A stretch of DNA of 64,000 bases, taken from positions 14,074,001 through 14,138,000 of the forward strand of contig JBHGNT010000001.1 in NCBI GenBank assembly GCA_043228905.1, given 5' to 3'. Made by a program: the position numbers and the translations under genes. Below the pieces are notes generated by a model. The model searched no databases, was not told the origin of the DNA, and worked only from the letters and a program-made list of their open reading frames with translations. Source of the DNA: Azolla caroliniana (lineage: Eukaryota > Plantae > Polypodiophyta). Shown here one piece after another: positions 23,213 through 34,341 of the stretch (the stretch's first letter is position 1; every line of letters begins with the position of its first letter).

Positions 23213-26200
23213 GAACGTGAATTTCCTTCCTAATAAATAGTGCCGGAATTTATTGATGCTATAGATCATCCCTAGCGCCTCCCGCTCCGTTGTGGAGTAG
23301 TTACGCTCTGCTGTTGATAATTTGCGACTAGCGTAGTATACTGGCTGGTACCAGCTTGGTTTGGTGAGCTGCATTAGTGCACTTCCTATTGCTATGTCTG
23401 AGGCGTCGACGAACACGTGGAATGGCTTCGCCCAAACTGGTGGTTGTACGACTGGAGCCTGTGTGAGCATTATCTTAAGTGCCTCATAGGCCTTATCCTC
23501 CGTTGCAATCCATTGGAAAGGAGTCCGATGTACGGCAGCGTGTAACGGCGTGGCGAAGTCAGCCAAATACCATATCATCCGACTATGCCACCGTATTTGT
23601 CCTAAAAACCGGCTGAGTGATTTAGCGTTTGTCGGAGTTTTGGCTTGCGTAATTGCGGAGATTTTGTTCGGGTCAATTGCAATTCCCTCCTTGCTCACTA
23701 TATGGCCCAGGAGAGTCCCGCGGGTCACACCGAAAGCACATTTCGCGGGATTTAGGCTTAAGCGTGCAGTGCGGCAACGTTCTAGGCACATTTGTAAGTG
23801 CGAAAAATGGTCTATTGTTCTCCCATATACTGCAAAGTTGTCTAAAAAAACTTGCATGAACGCCGGATTGTATTCCCCAAAGATCTCCGTAATTATCCGT
23901 TGAAATGTTGTCAGCGCCGTCTTTAACCCGAACATCATGACGACTGGCACATATACTCCCCAGTCCATGACAAATGCCATCTTTTCTTGGTCCTCGGGAT
24001 GCATGCGTACCTGGTTATAGCCACTGAAGCCATCTAAAATTTTTTACATCTCATGGCCTGCGACGGCATCTAGTATGCTATCGGTGAAGGGTAAGGGAAA
24101 TGCGTCCGTAATGGTGACGACGTTTAATTTTCGGTAATCTACACATACCCGTATTTTGCCGTTTTTCTTTGGAATGACCACTATCGGGCTTAACCATGTC
24201 GCTTGTTTAACTGGTCATATGAACCCCGCCTTCAGGAGCTTGTCGATTTCTTCTTTCATGTGGGTCGTGTAGTTCGAGTTCATGCGGTAGCGGCGCTGCT
24301 GGACAGGTTTCGCATCGGTTGCTAAATTGATCTTATGCTGATAGAACTTGGGATCTAACCCCTTCATGTCCTCATGAGCCCAAGAGAACACATCCTTATA
24401 TTCCGTGAGTAGTGCGATCATCGTTTTTCTCTTGTCCGGCCTTAATTCCTTTGCGATGGAGAGGAACTGAGGCTCCGATTCTGCACCCATATTTACTTCT
24501 TCGAGGGTGGAAGCGATGGCTCGTCGTGAAATCTCCATTTCCCTTTCGAATGCCGCCCGTGCTCTGCTGAGTTCCAATATGGACTCTGGGTTTGGTTCGT
24601 AAGGCTCGTCGTGGAGAACAGTGGTTGTGGTATATTCTGTCGCGGTTGCGATGACGTCTATTTCAAACAGCGGAATAATCCGAGGGTGCTCGTCGAGGTA
24701 TGCCTCTAATTCTGCATCCTCCACCCAAGCCAACATAATTATATCTTCTGCGTATAATGGTGTTATACCCTTCAGTTGTGGCGTGCTTCCTTCCGTAGGT
24801 ACGCGAACCTTGGTGCATCCATGTTGGAAATTGATACACTTGTGTTGCCAGCTCTGCTTGATATTTGCTGCCTGAAGCCATGGTCTGCCCAGAAGCACTA
24901 GGTACGCCCCTGGGGCGTCCAAGGCGAGGACGACCGCCGAGATGTCGAATCGGTGTCCGCCCACGATAATGCCTATTTTGGAAATTAACCCTAATGGTCG
25001 TACTGAGCGGGTCTCTGCCATTCAGAGCCAGAATGAGCAAGCCTCCCATTCTGAAATGCCTAATTGCTCGCAAGTTTTCGCACTAATTACATTGACGCCT
25101 GAGCCGTTGTTGATTACGCATCCAAGAATTTGTTGTTCGTGTAATATTAATGTAATAGCTGGGTTGTGCTGATCCACTACCGGCGGTCCATTGCTAACGT
25201 CTGTAAGGTTTGTAGCGATACTCACCTCGGGTATGCCTATCACCCGTTCTTCCATGTTCTGGCGGAAGCGTGGGACTAGCTACAGCAGTTTCTCCATGGT
25301 TAACGTTATCTCACGGCCCGCTAACGCTTGCCAAATGGGGTCTGGGACCGGTCTTTCGTCCTCTGCTCGCTCCATTGTGTTCGCGGACTCCTTCCGCATG
25401 CGTTCCGTATTTGTCGCATTTGCTTTTTCCACCCACGCTTGGGCTTGTCGGCGTACCTCGTCTTGCGCAGCCCAATTAGCCATTTTTGTTTGGTGGCGTG
25501 TCGTGACCTGCTGCACTTCCGTCGTAATCGTATTGATAGCGGGCCCCTTTCCCTTGCGTGATGGGCATTGCGTGGCATAATGTCCGGGTTGCTGACAAAT
25601 AAAACAATGGATGCTTGATTCACCCTTCTCGGCTCTTGGTGGTGTGTGCCGCTCCCCTGGTGCTACTTGCTCCTCGCAGTCCGGCCTCGTTTGTCGGAAC
25701 GTACGCGGTGGCTACTATTGGTCCCGTCGTTGTTCCTGGTGCCCCTCATCCCCCGAGCTTTCGTCGTAACGCCGGTGATCTCGATATTGCCGTGGCTTAC
25801 CACGATAACCATTGAAGCCGCCCCGTTTGTTTGTCGACCGGTGATTCTCGTAGCACCGACCCCCTTTGGCGTAACTCGGATGTCCACGATAATCCTCGTC
25901 CTTTGGTTCGTCCTCCTCGGAATCGTTGTGATTCTGGCAATTCCAGTGGTGCCGGTCCTCCCATGGGTTGCGATCCTTATACCGGGGTCGGTCTTCTTGC
26001 CTCCTTTGTTCAGTCTGGTGTGGTTGACGTTGTGTGTCCATGCTGCGGACTGCGGGAGTGGCTCTGTTTAACATATTGTATTCGCATTGGTCGACTGTGT
26101 GAGCCTTCGAGTGGCAGATTGGGTAGTGGATTCACATATTGCACTCCACTATGGAATGCCCCGAGTTCAAGCAAATCGTGCACTGGATTGCTTGACGAAA

Positions 26201-27382
26201 CTGGCGTTCCTCGTCCTGAGGTAACGCTTGTCGTAAGGAGGACATAGAAAACCTTTCCTCCTCGTCATCCAACTCGAGCTGTAATGCTCGTTCAATTACC
26301 ATATCCGTTGTTTCCCCTTTCACGCTATTGTTGTTGAGCGTTGCCCGGATGGGCTGGCGTAAAGCTGCCAGAAATGTTTCCCGAGCCTCGTCCTCCGCGG
26401 GGCTCCGTTCTAGTTTCCGTCGTAAATTTTGGAAACGTAAAATGAAGTCCGCTATCGTCTCAGTCAGCAGTTGCTTAATCGTATAAAACTGTCCGAGGAT
26501 TTCGCGTTGTGGAACCCTCCGCTGGAAGAATCGCAAGAAAGCGGACTGCAATTGATCGAAGGTTGTTATTGTTGGTAAATCCATCTGTGAATGCCAAAAC
26601 GCCGCTCGCCCATCTAATGTTTGTTGAGAACTCGACGTTCCTTATGTCCGACTCTCGGCCACAACCGAGATTCTTTTCATACACAGAAAAACAGGTAATG
26701 AAACGCGACACAAAAGAGGAGAAATGGTACACAGGAGGTATACGTGGAAAACCACAAAATAGGGGAAAAACCACGGCAGCCCACAAGCTGCAAACTGTCA
26801 CCAGTGAGATCACTGAGGCAACGACCTCGTGCTCACAGATCTTCGCCACAGGCGGCGGTTACAACAGAGGCAACGACCTCGTCTCTCTCTCTCTCTCTCT
26901 GTACAGTTACGCGCTCTGATTTCTTCTTGCACCAACAAGGAAGGATTACAACAAGAATGACAACTCATACTAAAAGTTTGCCCTAAGTCATATTTATACT
27001 AATATGACTTTTCGGCTATTTACAAATATAGCCTCGATGGGCTCCATCCGGCTCTCCGCAGTCGGGTACTCCTCATCCGGTTCATACCGGGCCTACACCA
27101 TCCGACTCTCCGAAGTCGGGTTCTCCCCATCCGGTTCATACCGTTTCGGCCTCGGCCTGTCGGCCTCGGCCGAGTTTGTTCATCGGCACTGTTCTTCTCC
27201 CTTCCCATCCGGAGGGACCTCTCTACCAACAATGTTAACCCGAACTCCGTCATTTTCGACTGGTGTGCTACCGCCTCCGAAAGGCTCTACGCCATGTGGT
27301 TCACATTCCATACATTCAGGAACATGTGAATATGAGTTGTGGCGTCGGTTTCGCCGTTAAAGCAGGGGTAGGCAAAGGCCAT
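23213..27382 (-). pseudogene. Element C gag-protease-RT-RNase H, decayed; gag split by a solo LTR
   Basis: MAFAYPCFNG start at 27382; CTICLNSGHSIVEC; INNGSGVN protease; VFLDNF RT; VFVDASDIAIG, ERNYSTTERE. Confidence 0.9.
26622..27231 (-). mobile_element. Solo LTR related to the element D family; TSD ATGTT
   Basis: TGTTG..CAACA; ATGTT on both sides; shares CTCGGCCACAACCGAGA, GTTTGCCCTAAGTCATATTTATA and CCCATCCGGAGGGACC with D LTRs. Confidence 0.92.
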
Positions 27383-28108
27383 GGTGGGGGCTACGGCGGG
27401 TCGGGAAAGACCACTGGGTGGCTATGGTGAGCGTAGTCTTCGCGTCTCGTCAAGGATTTGGAGAGCGAAGAATCACCTTTGTACTCACGGCAGGTAGTAC
27501 TGAGGTTGCTAAGGCGAGGCTTTTGCCGTGCGCGTTCTTTTGTCTGTCGTGTGACGGACCTTCTTATTGGCCGGTCTTGTCGTGTTGGTTCTCTGGGGTG
27601 TCTGTGGCTAAACATCCATTCGTCGTTGCTCGTCTGTGAGAAGACACAAATCACCAAGTGTGCCAAAAGTGTTGCCGTTTAGGAACACGGTCCGCGGTTA
27701 GTCCTTCGACCTAGACCTCCAAGTGGGTGTGGAACAACGAATAGGCATCTAAGCGTAATGCGTAGGGGAATGTTCCCTGTAACCTATCAATGTATAAGGG
27801 AGACGGCTACAACCGAATCCTTAGGAAGGGTTACACTTACGTTCTTACACGCTCAGGCCTTCAAGACACACACAGTGGATTAGCCGTAACTATACACAAA
27901 GAATCAGAGAAGAAAGAATTCTATTATGAGACATTTCTTACATTCCCAAAATTACACGCCCCCTTTATCAGAGGTTTTTTGCCCTTTATATACGCAGGGT
28001 CTATTTAGCCGTTCACGCTTCCTACGTGAACCGTTACATGCGTTATGATCTTATATTATTTCTTATTCCTACGCTCTTGTCTGTCGGTTACTATTCCGGC
28101 GGACAACA

Positions 28109-28545
28109 GTCAAAACCAAGATAGAAGATAGAGTTACAGAAGAAAGATATAAAGAGACCACAAGAAGAGAGGAATGAAATGATAAAAGAACAATTAATGT
28201 ATTAAAGTAGAATGAGAATGGATACAAGATAGGCGATGAGAGCTTAAGACTAGTGTTGATTCGAATTGATTTGAGAATACATGTATGCCCCTATTTATAG
28301 GTTCCTATAGAATAGCCTAGAGATTTCTATAATGTTCTAGACCTAGAATATTCTAAGATGTTCTAGGATATTCTAGAATGTTCCAGAATGTTCCGAAGTA
28401 TTTACAATAAACAGTGTATTATAAGAAGTAGCTTTTGTTATCTTATATGATCATAGGCTATCTTAATGGTTGGGTTCTTGATTATGTATTACAAGGTCTT
28501 GGGTTCAAGCCTAGGTGAAGCCATGATGTTTATGTATTAATGACA
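28109..28545 (-). mobile_element. 5' LTR of element B (its last bases lie at 12310-12315, split off by element C)
   Basis: TGTCA..TGACA termini when C is removed; TATAAATA on minus strand at 28292-28299. Confidence 0.8.
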
Positions 28546-28546
28546 C

Positions 28547-30202
28547 TAGAGGGTTATGCAAGGGATTAAAGATGAGCAACTACTTGTGTTGGTTTTGTCG
28601 AGGGTCGAGGCCAAGGAACTCAGCCTTGAAGAAATGGTCATATAGTTCAACAAGAAAATCTTGTGAGTTTATTAATTCGTAAGTTTTGTTTAGTTATTTA
28701 TGAAGTGTTCGAATGTGTCATAATGATTTTACATCCACAAGGTATATATGAAAATCCAAGAAGTTATGATGAAACAACTTGGATTCATTACTTGGGAGCA
28801 AGTGACTGAAGATTATCCGATGGCATCTTCTTATAAAGCGTTGTCGGAATACTTTATTGCATTCAAGGATTAGGTTAATATTTTTCTTGTAATTGGTATT
28901 TTACTATGGTATATCTTATTATGTTTAACTAAAGTATTTTTTCTGTTGTACCTATTAGAAACCTTGTCGTGGAAAGCAACCAGGTGAGGTCAAAGATATA
29001 CACGACTTTCCAACATCCTTCCTTTCTCATCTTGAGAGAGCTAGGAAAGAAACGGATCGACGCTTAGTGAAAGCATATGATGTTGAAAGAAACTCAGCCA
29101 CAAAAAGGACATTACTAAAGACTTATACTATAATGTCTCTTGTGGAGATGTAGTACACATGAGCGTGAAACTTCCAAAGAATGACTATAGTCTCCTTATT
29201 GCATATATACCTTACGGATTTCGGATGGCAGGTTCATCCTATGATGATGAGCCATTCAGGTTCAAACTGTTGGAGAAGATGGTCAAAGATTTTGGAAAAC
29301 GGACCACAACATCCTTGTGGAGAATCATTGTGTTTCATAGCATGGACCAAGGGTACTTTGTGGCTCATGCATTGCGATCTCGTTCTCATGGAATCAAGAA
29401 CCTTGCTTGGTAAGGGTTTTATTTTGTTACATCTTGAATAAATTGATTTGTCTAAAATTCTTTCTACTTCATTTTAAATTGTGTCTTTTGGTTCTTTACT
29501 TGTGATTGGTAGTAACAAAACCAACATGAATAGAGGACCGACATTTCAGTTCATGAACGCAATCGAGTACATAACAGTTGGTTATTTCGACGAAATAAAG
29601 AAGCAAAGGATTAAGGAGCATTCTAATGAAGTTGGCAATTCAAATCTGCTGGTATATCCAGCAGTTACACACAAACTGCGACATGTCGCCACCATTGAAC
29701 CAGGACTTGTCAACCCGTATAAGAAATCTCAATGCCTTATGATGCGCTTGATATAAATGTTTTCTGGTGAGGGCAACTAGATATTAAATTTTTTCTTTGG
29801 CACATGTATAGCTTAAAACTTGTTGGTTATTGTAACATACTCGAACACATTTTGTTGGCTAACACAACCTTCTTGTCACTTTGAATGTAGGTAGTAGGTG
29901 CTACATCGACATGTGCTTTGAAGCTCTTCCAAAACACTATTGCATTGGAGAAGGATGAGGAGCAAGTGAACTTTATCAATATGAGGATAAAGTCCTTATG
30001 GGAATGTCTAGATCAAGACGAAGAGGTCGGCGCAAAGCACATCGCTGATATCGAACGATTTCAAGTTGTCCCTTGTGAGCCGATTCCTCCATTAGCTGGT
30101 GAACCAGGTGAGCGCACTGATCTTGATGATGAGCTTATAGAGGACCCTACGGTTTCTCGTATGTCTAGAAAGGACACCAATGATCAAATTTGTGATGACT
30201 AA
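28547..30202 (+). pseudogene. Spliced pseudogene of a beta-class N4-cytosine/N6-adenine DNA methyltransferase with an N-terminal helical extension; exons ~28547-28661, 28742-28873, 28959-29409, 29513-29805, 29898-30202
   Basis: Joined exons give SCGDVVHMSVKLPKNDYSLLIA(Y)IPYG ... A(W)NKTN..EYITV ... NPYKKSQCLMMRLI*MFSGEGN*ILNFFFGT(G)ATSTCALKLFQNTIALEKDEEQVNFINMRI, i.e. catalytic motif IV before SAM motif I; GT-AG introns. Confidence 0.8.
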
Positions 30203-30879
30203 AAGGAGGAAGATAAGAACGATGTAGACACATTGATTGCTATGTGAAACATTTTGACATTAGAGATCTATGAACTACTGTATAATATCTTTTGCAATAC
30301 ATTGATAATTTACATCTAAATCTAAGTTTTATTCGTTTGGTTTATTGTCTATAACGTATTGTGGTTTATTGTCTTTAACCTTTTGAATTATAATATACCA
30401 TTAACTTTGGAATTTCATTGTTACATCTAAAATCCATTTACTTGGTTAAATTGCCACAACACCCATTTGGATCCAAATCCATTCCGTTGGTTTATATTGA
30501 ATTATGGGTTAAAGCATGATACGGAGTACCAACTTTTGGCCAAAATTTTAGTACTATTTCAATGAGGAAAATCTTAAAAAATGTAAAAATAATCCAATAT
30601 TTGAGTTTAAAAAGTTGATCATCACTTGTGTTAAAATTAAAAGTCACATTCAATGAGAATGGATTTCAAATATGAAAAAACATTGCACATCCTTCCACTG
30701 TTATGTTTGTGTCCAAGTGACCTTCTTGTAGTCAATTTCATTTGAGGTTGTCAGACCACAATCCTAGGTAATGTTGTACAGGAATCTTAACTGTACAAGA
30801 TCTCGAGTAGTCAGTCAATCATGAAGGTAGTCAATCAGTCTCTCTCCCTCCCTCCCTCTCTCTCTCTCTCTCCTTCCCC

Positions 30880-31060
30880 TTTTTACTTGGCGATTCCCTA
30901 GGATCTTACCTCCTCTCTCTCTCACACACACACACACTCTTTCCTTCCCCCTTCTACTCACCGATTCCCTAGGTTCGTACCTCCTCTCTCTCTCTCTCTC
31001 ACTCTTTCCTTCCCCCTTCTACTCGCCGATTCCCTAGGTTCATACCTCCTCTCTCTCTCC
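30880..31060. repeat. About 3 tandem ~65-bp units (CGATTCCCTAGG core plus CT microsatellite)
   Basis: Core at ~30891, 30962 and 31027. Confidence 0.75.
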
Positions 31061-31639
31061 CTCTCTCTCCCTCTCTCTCTTCCACCTTCTGTATAGGTTT
31101 CTCCACGTTCTCTGCTCACTCTACGAACTCCAAGTGTTCCCTGCTCCTCATGTCCTCTCTGAAACAACAGTACACTCATTGTTTACCCTTGTTTTATGCA
31201 AACTCTCTTCATCATGACCAATTTGCATCCTTAGGTGTTCTCTGCTCACTGTGTCGTCTTTGCATCGATCTCTGCTCTACGAGCCACATTCTCTCTCACA
31301 GGTGTTCTTTGCTCACCATGTGTTGTTTGCATCGATCTTTGCTCTGTTGGTCGTGTTCCCTCTACCTCCAGGTGTTCTCTACTAATTGTGTTATCTTTGC
31401 ATCGACGTCTTTCAACGACATATTCTTGTTGTGTTCCCTCTACCTGGTGTGTTTGTTTGCTTGCAACTTGTGCTTTAAACTTGTCCCCTCTGCAACAACT
31501 TCAGCAATGACATCTGCAACCATAACAACATCTGGGAAGGTACTCCTACTTTAGGCTTACCGTTATGTTCTGCTACATGTTTGATTCTGTCTGTTGTTGT
31601 CGTTTAGGGTTTTCTTGTTGTTGTTCATGTTGTTCTCCC

Positions 31640-32190
31640 TTGATCATTTGAGAGCCTTGTACATGTATATGCTTGAATTTGAGAGTCTTGTACATGCATA
31701 TATGTCATTTTCTGCAGGTGCTTGAATTTGGGACATGTTGACATATTGAAAGAGGGTTCTATGATGGTACAATGCAATGTTCTTGTAGGCTTTGTTAAAT
31801 TATCTTGTTCTTGTACTTGTTCTTATCTATATGTGATTGTCCTTTTTGTTATTCTTGTTGTTTGTGTTGTTTTCCCTTGATCATTTGAAAGCCTTGTACA
31901 TGCATATGCTTGAATTTGAGAGTCTTGTACATGCATATGTCATGTTCTGCATTTGCTTGAATTTTGTACATGTTGACATATTGAAAGAGGCTTCTTGTTA
32001 AATGACCTTGTTCTTGTCTATCTGTGGTTGTCCTTTTTGTTGTTCGTGTTGTTCTTGTCGTCCTTATTGTTCTTGTTTTCTTACCTAATTTAGTATTGTT
32101 ATGATGCATGTATATGTTGTGTATCGGGGGTTAACATTATGTTCATGTTCGGCATTTCCTTGAATTTTGTACATGTTGACATATGGAAAG
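31640..32190. repeat. Imperfect dispersed direct repeats (TGATCATTTG..CTTGTACATG..TTGAATTT..ACATGTTGACATA)
   Basis: Copies at ~31640, ~31878 and partial at ~32155. Confidence 0.65.
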
Positions 32191-32437
32191 AGAGTGCGAT
32201 GTTGGAGTTCCTGGTGTTAAATGTTATTGTGATGAAGCTAAATTGTTGTTGTTTGTGTTTTCCTCCTATGTGCACTTTCAAGATAGTCTTGTACATGCTT
32301 GAATCTTGTTGTTGAGCCAACTTGCAGTATGTTTAGGGTTGTTATGTCTAATTGTTGTTCTTATTATGCTTGATTTAGTGTTATGATGAAAAATGACAGT
32401 TGTGCATGATTTACTGTTATTTACTATTGTTGTGCGA

Positions 32438-33018
32438 TGTCGAAATGTTGCGTGTCCAATGGGATAAATTGTGAAATAGTGTGATTCCACGCACATTACT
32501 CAAACGATTTTACATTTGAAAATTAGCCGCATTCGAGTGCATATAGAGGGGTACAAACAAGATTTGAACCTTGAACCTCTAAGATAGAAGACATTTATCT
32601 TACCACGAGAGCTGTTACAAAATACTTTAAATATTATGTATTTCTTTTCATATTCAAAGGGCATAGGAAATAACCATACAAAACTGTGTGCACAAAACCA
32701 TGGTTCCAAGCCCATGGTTTTGTGCATGTTAGAAGCATGGATAAACCTATAAAAACCCTCGTAAGGCTTGTGTAAGGGGGGGTTCAATATGTGATATCAC
32801 CATCACCACCATCATCAATATAATACTCTCATTCATTTTTTTCTAATTAATCATCTTCTCTCAAGTGTATCAAATTTCTTAATCTTTTCAAGTGTGACAT
32901 TTTCTTCCTCAACTCAAACATCCACATCATTGTCTTTTAACTTCACAAACGTCCTCATTAGTCCTAGAGCCTGGTGGTCCCGCTCAAGTAGCAAACACAC
33001 GCGAGCATTTTCGCGACA
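32438..33018 (+). mobile_element. LTR-like repeat homologous to 12403-13066
   Basis: TGTCG..GCGACA; shared ACAAAACCATGG..AAGCCCATGGTTT and GGTGGTCCCGCTCAAG blocks. Confidence 0.75.
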
Positions 33019-33599
33019 ATGTGTGAGGCGAAGAAGAGAGACAAGACTCACATGACAAGGAAGACACCCACAAAGAAGAAAATGGTCAAAGAAAATATCA
33101 ACACACCATGCAAGGAAAGAAAAAGGACCTCCATCAAAGAAAGTAAGATGACCCCCACCAGAGGGAGGTTGAAGTTTTCAACAACTCAGGGCAAGACGAT
33201 TACACAAACATCCTTCGAGGTACAAAATTAGGATGGGGTTATTTCCTTCATGCATGGCCTGACACTTATGAAGACCTAGACATGTGGATGATGAAAACTT
33301 GGGGCTCATCACATCCAAGACAAGGAGAGGTTTCCACATCACTCAATTGAAGAAGGATTTTATCACTGAACTAAAGTCATGATATGAACAAGTTTATGAT
33401 ACAAAACATGTCCTAAACAATGAGATAAGAACTGTTTTTGCACGTGCATTTGCATGTGAACTCCATGGTGGCATTGAAGTTGATTGGGAAGATTTTACTC
33501 ATCATCGATCATCACATTATAGAGGGTCCTCAAGTACCAACACTACTATGAAGTCTGAGGGTACCTCTCATATCGAAATCCCAGCTAGGAGATCTGTGT

Positions 33600-34030
33600 T
33601 GACTCAACAGATTGCAAAACAAAGTGCCACAGTAACAAAAAAAATTTGTGGTGGACTCATTGAAGCACAAGAGATTTCTGATTATAGATGTGATTTGCTG
33701 GAACACAATTATCACAGGAAATATTCAAATTGGGCAAGAAGAAGAAGCATTGAATCATTTGGGATCATTGCAACGCGAGAGCCTCTTGCCAAATATGGTC
33801 ACTTATTTTTGTATCTTAAGAGTTGTCCAGCCATTGGTAAGGAATAATATTATACTAGGCAATGCATTGGTGGATATGTATGCCAACTGTGGTGACCTCA
33901 ATCAAACAGGAGAGATTTTTGGTGAATTTCTAATTAAAAGCACGATGGATATATGGTTGTCCGACATTTCAAATGTATGCTGAAATTAGGGCAGGGTTTT
34001 AAAACCTAATGCAACCACATTCACATGCAA
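33600..34030 (+). pseudogene. PLS-class pentatricopeptide-repeat gene fragment
   Basis: DVICWNTIITG, PNMVTYFCILR, LGNALVDMYANCGDL; frameshifted. Confidence 0.75.
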
Positions 34031-34341
34031 TATTCATTGTAATAGTGGACTATTTTAATACTAATGGAGGATATTTTTTATAGATTTTTGTTTTTAAAAA
34101 AGGAAGTAGCTTTCCTTTAATTAATTTAATGGGATAGTATTAAAGGGGGAATGAATAGAGGGGACCATACGTTTTGTTTTGTTTTTTTGTTTTTTTTTTT
34201 CCAAAAAAAACTCCTTCCATTAGTCATATATATACGTTTTGTTTTTACATTAAGATTTTTTTCAAAGAAATAATCGTATAATCGTTGTAAAAAAGAAGAA
34301 GCAAAAAGCAAATTAAAAGAAAGGATAGCTACTGCATTCAT

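Larger units (their letters stand above)
12316..28108 (-). mobile_element. Element C: non-chromovirus Ty3/gypsy element; 5' LTR 27670-28108, 3' LTR 12316-13422 (interrupted); TSD GTCAT/GTCAA; inserted at the tip of element B's 5' LTR
   Basis: LTRs TGTTGCC...GGACAACA match over ~440 bp; minus-strand gag-pol; TATA on minus strand in the LTR. Confidence 0.88.

Noticed and set aside
28547-30202. Bacterial contamination or a restriction-modification operon as the source of the MTase
   Set aside because: The gene has spliceosomal-type introns, decay stops and a plant LTR inserted in it; no nuclease partner is visible.
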